Shown piece by piece: positions 13,630 to 28,216 of a DNA stretch of 64,000 bases (position 1 is its first letter; each line of letters begins with the position of its first letter). The notes under the pieces are model-generated. The model made no database searches and had not been told where the DNA came from. It saw only the letters and a list, made by a program, of their open reading frames with translations. The DNA is from Chrysomallon squamiferum (Eukaryota > Animalia > Mollusca): NCBI GenBank assembly GCA_012295275.1, contig CM022674.1:5580001-5644000 (forward strand). Direction: 5' to 3'. Both the position numbers and the translations under genes were made by a program.

Positions 13630-16330
13630 ATACCATAAAATATAAATAAAATAAAATAAAATAACAAAAAATAATGTAAAATAAAATAAAACAAAACAAA
13701 CAAATAAAGAAACTGTATATACTGAACACATTAATAAATAAATAATAAATATAAATAATTTGTAAATGATTTACTTATTATATTAAAAACTTTATCAGCA
13801 ATGAACACTTCAATTTAATAATTACTGTGACCAAAATCATTAAAATGTAGTAATCTCTTTCAAATTTGTGTATTTTATGTCAAAAAACCAGGAGACAGGA
13901 GATTTAGAACTTGGTTCTAAAACCTCAAATTTCATATCAATCTTTATAACTTAATGTGACAAGAATCTAGTAAAATCTCCTAATCTTTTGCTGTCAGATA
14001 TCTGTAACTTAATTTGTAACTAACCTGTTGTTTGTCATTCTCCGCCATGAGGAGAGAATCATCTCGATCACGTTGTAGGGCTGCTATCTCCTCCTGAAGC
14101 TCCTCCTTCTCGCGTCTGAAGCGAGACAAGAGCTCCTCTTTCTCCATGTTGTGTTGGTGAACCATCTGTTCATGCAGGTTGTCAAACTCCATACGCTGTG
14201 AGTCCTGTTACAAGAATAGGTAGACAGTTGTTATCTTCACCATTATTATTATTACTGCAAAACTTACACCAAATTTAATTATACAATTTTTACTATATGA
14301 TTCCATTTTCAACAGATATATAATTACTGAAAGAAGCCTGTCTCTCACTTCAGCTATAAAATCCTTATAAATGTACTTTCATTCTTTCCTCTTTCATAAA
14401 CTTTATAAATATTGTGTTAGAAAACTGCAGGGCATGAAAAACGCTTTATTAAATAACTCTCCGCAGAACTGTAATCTATATTTGTGTGGAATGTCATACA
14501 CACTGCAATGCACACTATAGATAATGAAAGTCCAGTGGTACCACAGCATTATTTTTTGCTTAGCAAGAATTGACCTTCTACTCACACCACCTCACAGACA
14601 GCATAAATCAAAGTTTAATAAATAACAACCACACTATAAAGACAAAACACTGAGTATCTTCTTACTCTTTCTCTAGACAATCTCTCCACATCTTCCTCAT
14701 GTGCCTGTTTCTCTTGGGCCAGGGCCATCTGTAAGTCCCGTTCCATCTGTTGTAGTCGACTGGTCAGAGCCTCTTTCTGGTGTTCAGCTCGGTCAAGGTC
14801 AGCCTCCTTCTCCTTGACGATTCTGTGAATCTCGGCTGTAAATGAAACATGATAAATGTTATAATAAATGAATTTAATTATTCTTATTTTTAAAAAAAAA
14901 GAAAAGAAACGGAATCAGCTATCTTCTAATAATTTCATTCTTAAAAAAATTCACTATGATGGTAAAGTACACTAAAGAGAAACTTGTGCTTACATCTGAA
15001 CTTAATAATTTTATGGATTAAAATTAACTAACTTAATTAAGGAAATTAATTTTTCTCTAAATATTTAAAATAAGGTTGCCTAAAGTAATGAAAAATATTT
15101 ATACAATTTTCAAATAAAAATATTTACACACTCCTGCATTTAAAATATTCCTTATATATAAGTATGTGGAATTAAAATATTATCATCACCTTGTATCTCA
15201 ACATTACAATATAGTCTAAATGTTTCCATATTTTGAAATCCATTAATAATATTACATTTTTTCCTGAATATTAAAAACATAAAAGTTCATTAAAATTATC
15301 CTGTACGTATTTAAAATACACCAAGTAAATAATTTTTTTTTTAAATGTGTGTTTCTCCTCACCTTGTAGGTTTTCTTTTCTCACTATGAGCTCCTGGTTC
15401 TCTCCCTCTAACTGTGCCTTGCGAACTTCCAGAGCCATCACGTTCTGCTGTGCTTCGTACAACGTTGCCTCCAGCGTTTCTTTGTCGGATGACAACGCTG
15501 CGATGGTCTCGCTCTGCTGCCGATTCTCTCTCTCGACTGCTGTCACCTGGACAACGAGTTCTCCTTTCTCCTGGTTCAGGATCTCTTTCTCCTTCGAAAT
15601 GTGTTCAAAAGCAACCTGCTGTCGCTCAAGTTCTTTTCGAGCTGAAAGGAGTTCTTCTGAGAGAGCCTGCTTCTGTCTGCTAATCTGTAAACAAATAATT
15701 AAAATATTTATATAGATTATGTTTGGTTTTTTTTTTTTTTTTTATTAAAATATACAGTTTCATTGGGGTTGAATTATAAATATATTTTTAATTAATTTTT
15801 TTTTTTTTTTATATCATATATTTTTTATTAATTATAGCAGTATTATTACTCTTATTATTATTATTATTAAAATCTGTAAATTTATGGATATTTTTGATTT
15901 TTAAAATTTATTTCAGATACAGTAAAATATTATGACCAATTTCTAATTTTGTTTATTTACTTAGTGTGCAGTAGAAACAAAAAATATGTATATAAATCAA
16001 CATTTTTATTGAATACATATAATTCCATGCATCATAATAAAAAATTAAATATATCCGAGCACATAAATAAGCACCAGTATTAGCAGAATAACACTAAATA
16101 TTTTATATGTATCCATAAACAAGTAATTTAATGCCATTAGCTGTTATAAAATAAACAAAATGTTCTGTCAGTAGGCTATAAAACATAAGGTATTAATTCA
16201 CCTGCTGAATTTTCTCATAAAATGTTTTGTTGAAAGTAAAAAAAATGTACATAAACGTTGTTTAATTATCCATAAACCAGAATTGGGTTTTGATTGTTTT
16301 GCAGGTTTTTTAAAGCTGTAATACCTTCCT

Positions 16331-16366
<36 letters not shown>

Positions 16367-19300
16367 GTTTATAGCGTAGTTTGTTTTTAAAACCTATAGA
16401 TGGCAGCTATTTTTGGCTCTGCTTTCTCAAATTTTATATAAAGCAGTATTCAACAGTGTCTTTTTTATTTTTCTTTTTTTTATTTTTATTTTTATTTTTA
16501 TTTTTATTTTTATTTTTATTTTTATTTTTATTTTTATTTTTTCTAATATTTGATTTTCTGGATCAAGTATTTACAAAGGTCTGACAGGTTAAGCAAATAT
16601 TTTTTACATTTTTAATATTCATTTTTATTTTTAAAACAAACCAGAAAAAAAATTACAGTGTTTAATTTAAATTGTTTAATTTTAATGTTTATTTACCAAC
16701 ATTTGTTTGTGAGTGTGTGTGTGTGTGTGTATGTAGACACTATAATGTTTTCAACAAAAATAAAGAAAGAAAGAAGCATGTTATGTCATTGTAAACTTAC
16801 AACAGAAAGCTGTGCTGAAATTTCTGCTTTCTCTGCATTCAGATTTCTAATCTCATCTTCAAGTTGTTGTCGAGAGAATTCTGAAAGCTCCAAAGTCTGG
16901 TTCAAGCCTGACAAAAAAAAAAAAAAAATATTTTAATAAATATTATAACAAACATTATTTTCTCCAAAAACAAAAAGAAAGAAAGAAAAAAAATATCAAT
17001 CTTGATCATTTTAATACTATTTACTGATTGAGTTCTGCATTTCATTTGTTTAATAAGATATCCACACATTATTACTAAGTTATCCGAATATTCCAAAAAA
17101 GTAGATTTTTTTGTTTTCTTTTTCTTTTTTTAAACCATGATTGTTAATCGATGTCTTATGATTTTGGATTTGGGATAGCTGATCTATATAAACATTCTAT
17201 GAATTTTAATATTTACCCATTTTCTCTGTGTCCAAGTCCATCTTCTCCTGCTCTACTCGAACCAGCTCTTCTCGAATTCCAGTCTTCTCCATCTCTAAAG
17301 CAGATTTCTCTCCTGATAAAGAGTTCTTTTCTGCCTCCAACTGAAGAATATAAATAATTTTAAATTTCAAGACTGCTTATTGAAAAAAATAAAAATAAAA
17401 AAATAAAAAACATTATCATCTTAGCTTAAACTAGAAAGATATCAGAATACTTAGTGAGCATGATTAACAGAAATAGAAAAGAGAGAAAAAGTAGAGAAAT
17501 TGTAATCAGCTGTTACACCGTGGATTATTATTTTATAATAAACCTTTTGTGTATGTGTAACCTTTAGCAGTCACACTATACAGTTATTATATCAGAATCT
17601 TTGATGTATTTTCACCATTACTGACACTTTGACACTTTGGTATTTTGAAAGTTATCTTTACTTTGTTAGTGAGTAAATATTATGACAATTATTTTAAATT
17701 TTCATCTTTATAAATCTGCAAATATTTTATTACCATTACAAATGTATGACAGTTAAGTTACGGATGATAATGTTTTTATTTTTACTCTTAAAAGATTAAT
17801 TTATGTGAATACTTATATTTCAATACGAGGCTAATATTACATCATCAAATTTTTATTACCTAAAGGATAATTTTTCTAAAGGCACAATTACTATTTTAAA
17901 TTTTAAATGTAAGTACAGCTATTGGAAAACTGCAATGGATGATGATCGTTTTACATTCAATACAAGGTATTGATTACTCTTTGTTAAATTGTTATCGTCT
18001 CAGTGATCATTTTCAAATTATAAAGGCTTACAGTACTATTTAATGTTTGTAATGATTATTATAAATGCAAACCAACCTGAATAATGATCTTGTTAAGTTC
18101 AATCTTGTCCTGTCCCAAGCCTTCGTTCAGCTCCTGCATTTTGAGAAGAGCGTCTCGCAGTCCTGCCTCCACTGTCTTCAGTTTGTTGATTTCAACCTCC
18201 AGCTCTGCCTTCTGCAGTTCAGCTTTAGACAATGCCTCACCTAAAACATCATCATCATCATCATAACTATTTTAGTTTTATTATTATTACTGCTGTTATT
18301 ATTATTATCATCACCATTGTTGAAAATGATATTATTATTGTTGTTGTTGTTGTTGTTCTCATTATATTATTTTTATTATTATTATTATTATAAATTCAGA
18401 TTATAGCATAACAATAACTCATAAGTACAAAAAGTATATTTAACCCATAACTCTATCATTGTTGTCATTTTACTGTTGTTGTTGCTGTTGTTGTAATTAT
18501 TATTATTACAATTATTATAAATTCAGATTATAATATAACAATAACTCATCAGCACAAAAAGTATATTTAACCAGTAGGTATTATTATTAAAGTTTCTTTG
18601 AACATAATTCAGATTATACTGTTGCCTAATCTACTCACCAAGCTCAAGCTTTTGTCCTTCCAGGACCTCTTTGTCCAGACACACTCTGTTCAACATCTCC
18701 TTTGTCTCAACCAACTCTTCTCGAAGTTTCGACATCTTGTGATCCTGGTGTGACAGAACTTTCTGGCTGCAAATTTACAAAAAAATTTAAAATTAAATAA
18801 AATAAATAACCCTTTCGGTTAGTTTCAAAAAATAAAGACATAGCATCAGAATAATTTAAGCACTGCAAAAAATTTTTTTTTAAACATTGGTATTAAAATG
18901 TTTATAACAGTGAAATATCAGGAGGTTTCCTAGAATATATTAGCCAGGCTTTTGCTGTAATTTTTATATAAACAGTCTTTATCAAATATGCTCAGAATTT
19001 ATTTTTTATTACATTTAACATATATTTTTTTATTTTCTCAACAAATTTCAGTTATAATATCTATCATATTCTAAATTATAAATATACAAAAGTATGACTG
19101 TCAAATATTATTTTAAAAATTATCAACAAACAAATAAAACAGGTAATAATTATTTTTTAATTGTATATAACCATTTTATCTACATAATAAAATATGTTTT
19201 ATTATTTTATTATTATTATGATTACTACTACTTTTATTATTATTATCTTTTCCATTAACATTAATGTATTATTATTTTAAATCTACTTTCAAGTTTGCAT

Positions 19301-22300
19301 TAGATATTAAATTTAGTGAGTCAACAAATGGATTATGTTGTAAGTATAAGCTCAATATCAGAACTCACCATCTCTCATTCTCTTTAATCTGTCTCTCCTT
19401 GTCCTTGGTGATGTCTTCTTTCTCGTCTTCCAGCATGTCTCTCTGTCGCTGAAGTTCGGAATTAGCTGCTTGCAGTTTTTCTATCTCTTGATGTAAAGAC
19501 TCGATGTTCTCGTTGAGGTCGTGTCGAACTTTCTCGAGCTGTGACTTTTCTGAGCCTGTCACATTCAAAGCGTTCTTTATCCTGTCTCTATCCCGGAAAG
19601 AATCTTCTCGTTCACGTCGCCTGTAAAAAAAACAACAAAAAGAACATTAATAATTAAAAAAAAAAAAAAAAAAAAAATATGTATGTTATTAAAATAATCC
19701 CCCCAAAAAAAATGTTCAGCTAAAAATCTAATAGATTTAATCAGTTTTTTTAATCCTAAATTATTCAGTCCATGTTTTCAGTTATTTCCATTGCAGCATG
19801 TACCTACAACTAACATTAAAGGCTTATAGCATATGATTTCCTTCCTATGGGGAAATGATTTTAAAAGATGCCTTAGTGGCAATGGAAAAGCATAGCCCGT
19901 AGTAATCTAGCAGTGGGTATTACTTATCATAACATCAATACAAAAATGATGTAACTGAAATATAATAATCTATTTTATCAGAGTACATTAATCATTCATT
20001 ATATCAAATTACAAAACTGCGAATGCAATATAGTTATATCAGTGCTTAAATATAAAATATTCAATGAAAAACAAAAGGCATTATGTCATTATCTACACAG
20101 TACTGTATTAATTTTTCAAAAAATTAAAAGGTAGAACAATATTAAATTTTATTATCACAGTCTAGTTTAAAAGCTGCAACTTACGCAGTTTCAAAGTCTT
20201 CCTTGAGGTTGAGGATGTGTAGGTCCAGGCGCCGCTTTTCGTTCTCTACATCGTCGATGTTCTTTCTCAGCACAACGATGTGGTCTCGACTGGCTGAGAG
20301 TTTGGCACGCAAGTCAGAAACCTGCAGCTGACGTTTATTCAGAGCTGCCTGAACAGCAGAAAACGTCGCATCAGCAAACGCTGGAGACCTTGACCTTCCT
20401 CTCGGTGACGGAGATCGGTTTGGCGAACGCTGGCGGAATGTCGGTGACCTTGACCTTGGAGATGTTGACCTTGCCCTCATTGGTGAACCGGACCGGGATC
20501 CACTTCTCATTGCCTCAGTCTGTTCGAAATCTTCTTCCATGCCACGATCGGCATCGTTGATGACAGCCTCGGCGATGTTGCGGAGAGCGGAATGGAGTGC
20601 TTCAGTTTCTTCACGAATCTGTCTGGCTGTGTCTGTCTCGGGAATGTCATAACTGACGTCTGGGACTTTGCTTTCAAGAGAGGCGATGTTTCGACTCATG
20701 GTGGAGATAACTTTCTCTTTCTCTTCGAGCTGGATTTTCAGTCTTTCATTTATCATGGTCAGTTCATTGACTCTGCACAAAGTTAATTTGATGAAAATAT
20801 ATTACAAATTGTTTGCTGTAACAAACACACTTTTGTGAAAAGAATTGATATTTTAAAAGTTTAAACACTTCTGATTAGTGACAATAGTTTGAAAAAATGA
20901 TGACATAACAGTTTTCTGTTACTTGTTATTTCAATTACATATATATATATATATATATATAAAAAGTAAAAATTTAAAAAGACTACTGAAAACAAAAAAT
21001 GGATTTTTCAGAAGACATTCACAAATGAAATTAAAAACATCAAATAATAAGCAACTATAACAATATAAATCAAAGAATTGTAAAGATCAAAATATCAAGT
21101 TTTAAAGAAATGAAACAGAAGAATTAAATTAAGCAAACAAAATGTATGAAAAACATATTTTTCTTAAACTCATGACCTACCTTGAGCTGAGTTCTGAGCT
21201 ATGAGCATCATATCTTGTCTGCAATTCATTGAGTTCTCTCAACTTCTCTCTCAACTGACTGTCAGTAGACATCTTCTCACTCCTCTCACGATCCATGTAA
21301 ACCTTTAAAATAATTAATATCCAGGTAAACCTTTAAAGTAATTAATCTCTGTGTAAACCTTCAAAATAACTAATATCTGCGTAAACCTTTAAAATAATTA
21401 ATATCCATGTAAACCTTTAAATTAATATCCATCAATTTATTATTTTGTTGTTTTCTTTTGTTATTATTAATTTTTATTTACTTACTTCTATATATATATA
21501 TTCCTAGAAAGATCCTCTCTTTTTCCCTTTTTTTTATAATGAAAGATACAAGGCCTTTTTTTTTTTTTTTTCCTTTTTAATTTTCTTAATTTATTTATTC
21601 ATCATAACAATTATTATCTAAAACTATTAACTGCTATATTACAAAAATATATATTTATACTGGTGTTTAATATGCTAAATACCTGACTCTGTGTATCCAT
21701 GCTTCGTAGGTTGGCTGTGAGGTTGAGGCAAGCGGAATGCATACTGCGAGCAGTTTTCGTAATATCAGTCTTGACATGGGACAGGTCGCGTTCAGTGGCC
21801 ATTTTCATTTCACTGAACTGACGTCGGAAGGCTACAACTGAACGCCACAGTGACAACAAACGACCATGTTCAGCGCTGTAGTATTCATTGAAGTTCTGAA
21901 AAAAGTTAATTTTAAATTCTGTTTTGTGTATTTTTTCATTTATTTTGCTTAGGTATTTGTTTCTTTTTTTCTTTATATATATATTTAAACAGATGAAAAG
22001 TAAAGAAAACAGTTCTGTTTAAATACATGGATATAACTGAATTTGGGAGGAGATGACAAATATGGAGGGGTGTATGCTGTTGCTGTGAACTTTTTTAAGA
22101 TACAAACTATGCAGACTTGCTTTGGCTGTAGATGAACTAAATCAAATTAATGGTCTTTCTCATGAGGCATTTTTTACATTCTGATATTTTTATTAAATTT
22201 ATATTTAAAAATACAAATAACAATCAACTTTTTTTACTTTTTTTTATTAGTAAGTATTTAACCTTTTGCTGAACTTACTTCAAACTCATTTTTGCATTTT

Positions 22301-25300
22301 ATAGGTATATTTATCATAGTAAATTTAAATGTAAATTGATTTTAGAACATAAGACAAAGAATTATTTGAAAACCTAAATGTCTTGACAGAAAAAAAAGTT
22401 AGTTTAATTAAGTAAATGTATGATGTAAGTTTAATGTTTTTACATTATTTATTTCCTTTTCTTGTTATTCAGGAGTCTTTTCTCTTTGTTTTATTTCAAT
22501 TTTATGATGTTTAATTTTTTCTTTTTTAATTAAAGGTACCTGCTTAAGTGTGATTGCTGGTACTAACAAATGATTTATTTTGTTCATTTCTTCATAAAAT
22601 TAAAAAATATACTTCAGAATAGAAAAAAAGAGACATGCAATATGATAGCCATAAAAGGAAAATAGGCTACCTGAGCATAATAAACTCTTAATTCTGAAGT
22701 TGTGAAATTTCTTAATGCTGAAGTTCTGAAACATCTTCAGTTCTGATGCCTCTTAATACTGAAATCCTGAAGTCTCTTAATCCAGAATTTCTAAAGTTTC
22801 TTAACACTGAAGCTCTGGTGTCTGTTAATTCCAAAGTCAAAAACACTCTTCATATTTAAGTTCTGAAGTTTCTTAATACTAATATCGTGAACTTTATCGA
22901 CGTCTTAAGTTTCTGAAACATCTTGTGTTCTTACCTTTTCCTCTTCGCGCCACTCCATCTCCTTGGATTCGAGTTCTTCTCTTGCCCGCTGCCAGTCCTG
23001 GGTCAGTTTATGAATGTCCACTGTCAGAGTCTGGTTGGCAGCAGTGGCTTGATCCAGTTGTTCGCGCAGCATCCCATTGACATGGGCCAGGCTGGAACTC
23101 CTGTAGCAACAACAAAAAAAACAATTAAATAAAAACAATCATTAAATAGTTCTTCATCCAAAACAAACCAAAAAAAAATCATTGTTAAAGATTATTTTCT
23201 GTAGCAGTGTTTGGTGTTATGAAAATTTCATCTGAAAAGAGACAGCTGAGAATAAAAGTGTGATGTTTGATTGTTTTATTCAACAGTGAAATTGTGGTTT
23301 TTTTTATTTCTTGATGTTTTTCAGATTTTTCAAAATGGACATAATAAACATAAGAATTATTTTTAAAAAATGTATGTTTTCTACAAAACAAATAAGACTG
23401 TGTCATAATTTTAATATTACAAATATTTTTTACCTTTGTTTTTCTTCCTCCAGTTTAATAAGAGCAGTCTCAAGGTCAACAACATGGTCTGATTCAGCAT
23501 ATTTCAGTCGGGACTCAACACTTTCCAGTCGTTCAGTTGTGCTGTTGAACTGTTGAAAACAAACAACAAAACAAACCCATAAAACCTATTCCTATTATAC
23601 TATCATCAGTTCCATATTAACCTGTCAGGAAAAAATTAATAACATAAAACCAATTCACACAATATTATTTATTGATAGCTGTTGCTAATTTTTTTTTTTT
23701 TTTGCATCAACATACACAATACAATATTAATAAATCCAACCATTCCAGTCTCTAAAACCTCATTATGCATTCAGTATGTATTTTAATGATGCATTCAGCA
23801 TATTTTTTATCTAATAGGTATCCCACCTCATCTATACATTATGCAGGCTACCTCTACTTATGGTTTGCTTAAACCAAACGACTTTACATCAAATGTATTT
23901 ATCTGTATATTTTATTCAAATATTGTACTAAGTCCATTTACATTATCTGTACCAAATAAATACAAGTTTATTGTGTATGCTAAATACATGACAGAATTTC
24001 AAATGAAAAATATTTACTTTGAATTAGCCAGATATGTTTTGCAGTATTTGCTAAATATGTGACAGAAACTTGAATGAAAAGCAGTTTTCCACATCTTTCA
24101 TTTTAAATTAATTAATCCTAAGTTATAAAATAATATACTCAAACACATTTATAACACAAACACACACACACACACACCCATACACACACACACTATATCT
24201 TTTATTCATATGAACATGGCTATATCAGTGTCTTATTATATCAGTTATCTAACATGGGTAGAATGGGAAAAGAGCTTAAAAGAAAATAAGAAAGGACTGA
24301 TCTAGTTACCATTTTTGTCAAATGAGTTCCAGTATGCAGATATCCAAGATGTAAAGACATGTGACAAATTATAATCTAAAGAGTTTATTTAAAACATTTT
24401 TATCCACATTGTGCACTGGTGGGAAAGGGCTTTTTTAACCTCTAGGCAAAACTAAAAATACTTAACAATAGAAATATACTTTTGAGTACCTTTAGCTGTC
24501 AGTGCACCTACAGTGAGTACTTCAGAGGTCTCACTCATTAAACTGAGTCATAACAGAATATCTAGTGTGTTGTATTGTGTTTTCATGGTATTGTCTTTTT
24601 CTACCACAGCTGCACACACTTCAATACTGAAGTCATCCAAAAATATCTGGAATTGAAATCAGTTGCCTTCCAAAAAAAAAATGACTGAGGTAGCAAACTA
24701 CAGTGAATGAAAATAATGGCTATAAACAGTGTGTATGACTAGTTTATGATAGGGCAGTCACTGTACATGCTTTTCTCTCTACCTCTGAGGTGATATAAAT
24801 GATTGTTTGCCACTAATCAATAAGATTAGCACATGGAAAGATTGTAGTAGTTTTCCTGTTTCTTATCATCATAAAAATTATTAGAAACCTTAATAACAAT
24901 GGCCTGTCACTAAATATCCATTATTCATTCATTGATTCTTTATATACCAGATCAATCCAAATATGTTATTTTAACATATCAGTAAAGAATTTCCTTCATT
25001 AAAAACTCTGAAATTCAGATATAGAGCTAAACACACTGACAAAAATATGGATGGAAAAGGTTATTACTGCTATCAATGTCATAAATAATTACAAAAGAAC
25101 AATAGCAGATCACAAAGTTACTTAATGTTATTGTCATTAAGTGAGGCTTTCTGAAAATATTTACAGGCAGATGGATATCCATTCAAACACACATACGGAT
25201 GAAAGAAATGATTATGTATTGCCTATAATTGTTTTGTACGAACAATAGCTAATCTATATTATTAAGTAATTCAGTGTAACATTATCAAATATGGTTTCTT

Positions 25301-26602
25301 AAAACACATGGACTGGTAGACTGAACACAAAAAGACAGAATATATAAGGTATGAATTCTATATAATTACTATATTTATGAGCAATAACCAATCAATATAA
25401 TTAAGAGTTAATTGTAACAGCATTAAGTATGGTGTTGTTATCCATGCAGTACATTTGCTAGTTATGATATTTCAATTATTACCATTAACACCTGAACAAC
25501 AATAATATGCTGTCTATTGCAGATGTCTAATTATGTCCCATTCTCATCTGAGCTGTTTGTGGAAGGTTAATTATAACATGAAACAAAGTGGGCAAAAGGT
25601 TGGTCTAACAGTGGAATCAGTTTTAACAGTAACTAAAATATTATCAGTGAGAATCTTTATAAGATGTGTAAATGAACATATTCATGTATTATAAAATAAC
25701 ACATTTACAACACTTACACTTAGAATTGCAATAACAATTACATACATAAACATGTATACACACACACTCAATTAAATTTTACCATATCTGTGTAATCATT
25801 AACATTATTACACATTTTATTATCATTATTTATGTAGTACCATAACTTTTTATAACATCTTGTTTAAGGGACAAAAATAAATAAGTAAAAAATAAAAATA
25901 TTAAAATATATAAATTTATATTTATTTACACAATACTAAGCTCTCCTAATGTTATGTAAATAAATGACAATGAAATAAAGTATTTTCTGTTTAAAATAAA
26001 ATAAAATAAAATAAAAACATGATTTCAAATAACAATTACTGCACATACCCTTCTGTAATAATCTTTGCTTCTGTTGTCATAATAATCCAACACAGATCTA
26101 CTATCCGATACATAAGAACGATCCATACCAGTGGTTTACTTGTGGAAATATTACCAAATTGAAATGGAAATGTCACCAATGTTTGGAAATACTACCAGCT
26201 TGATTTAAATAATATCAATGCAGAGGAGACAGAGTACTAGTTTGTGCTAGCTCAATATCCAGAATGCAAAGAACAACTGATGTGTTTTTTTATAATAGCT
26301 ATGGTTGGTATGGTAGTGTTTGGTTTTTTCACTAAGACCTATTTAACAACCAAACAATAACCTGTTAAAACCACAAAAGAGTTTAATTGCCTGTTCATTA
26401 ACCTGGCAACCAAGTGAACAGATTAGAGTAATTAGTTCTAATTAGTCTTCCCTTTCTCATTTCCTAATTAATCTCTGGGCATAGGAGTTAGGCAAGGTTC
26501 AGTTATTAGTTACCTCAGAAATAAATTTTAAGTAGAGTAACTTGGTAAATCACTTCAAAGGAATTTCTTAACTGGTTGTTCATTTGAATGGGAAAACAGT
26601 AT

Positions 26603-26641
<39 letters not shown>

Positions 26642-28125
26642 CTGATATTTACTTGGACAACTTATGTTCATTTGAAATGGAAAACAATATTCTTGTTTAT
26701 TTATTTACCAGAAAAACATGAAACTATATTTACCAGATGTCCTTTTCAGGCATATTTATGTTAGTGTAATGAACCATAAATTAGTTTAAAAATAGATTAA
26801 AACACAACCAAAGTTATAAACATTACCAATAAAAATTTTGCTTTAAATTATACTAATAATATTAAAATAAAGAAATAATAATGACAAACTGGGATTATTC
26901 AACAATATTTAAGTACACTAAGATCTTCTAAAACTATTTTTGTCATAACTTACATATGTTTTTGTATATTCTTATATTTTAAAATAAAACTAAACTTCAT
27001 GAAACTGACCAATGCAAAGATGCAGTGAGACAAACAAAAACAAGTTTCAACAAAGAACATTGAGTGCAGTAACAGTGCAGATTTGTGTTTTTGTTTGTTT
27101 GTTCAAAGGTGACCATGCATATCAATTAAGACAACGAACAAACAAGTTCACTGGTGTATTTAATTTGAAAATTTGTATATCATGGTACGAAAATAATCGG
27201 TTAAAACTGTTATGAACTAAAGATTAGCTTGGCTGGGTTATTGAGGATTTTTGTTTTGTTTGGAAAATATTTATATAAATTTGAAAATTATGTTTTGTTT
27301 GGAAAATATTTATATAAAATTTTGAAAACCATTAATATTTTGCAATTATTTTAAGTATCACTGAAATGAACTGAAATCTGAATTGTTAGTAAGTATCAAA
27401 TTATAGATTTATCAAATGAACAAATACTTTGTATGGGGATCTAATATTGCAGCAATTATTTTTTTCATTTTTGCTCTTTTTACTAATAGTAAATATTCCC
27501 AAATCTTATGTGAACATCATAATGATACTCATATATTCATCAATATACCATGAAAATTATTAAGTTTATTTGTAAAAAAAAAGAGAAAAAAACCCACCTC
27601 CTTAAAACCAAAGCAAATACACTACTTTAAGCTTTTCAGTTCCATACCAAGCTTTCTTTGTAACTAGCTTTGACAATAAGGCAACAGATTTAAATACACG
27701 GTAGAAAGTTTTATTAAAAATCCTAAATCGAATGAAATAAATAAAATGTATGTTATAGCATGACCTCTATTTCATCAACAAACTGTTAATCAATTTTTCC
27801 AGAAAAAAAACCTATCCATCTCTTAAATATTTAATGCATTCAGAACAAACCAGTGTGTAATTTGAAGTGTAAACAGTTTTATACTGTTGTTCTGTCAGGT
27901 TTTCTGAACAGAAACTAAATATACACATCAATCTTTTATTTCGTTTCACATGGGAGTGTTAATAATTTATTTCAATTTATAAAATACCTAGATAACAAAC
28001 AACATAATTAGTTTAATTGTTTTTCTGCATGAATGTTATTATTACTGTAACTATTACTAAAACTATTATTATCATTATTATTAACTATTATTATTAATTT
28101 ATCACTATTATTATTATTACTATTA

Positions 28126-28216
<91 letters not shown>

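Noticed and set aside
21291-21431. CRISPR-like short repeats
   Set aside because: The units are contiguous with no unique spacers, there are no cas genes, and the context is a eukaryotic intron.
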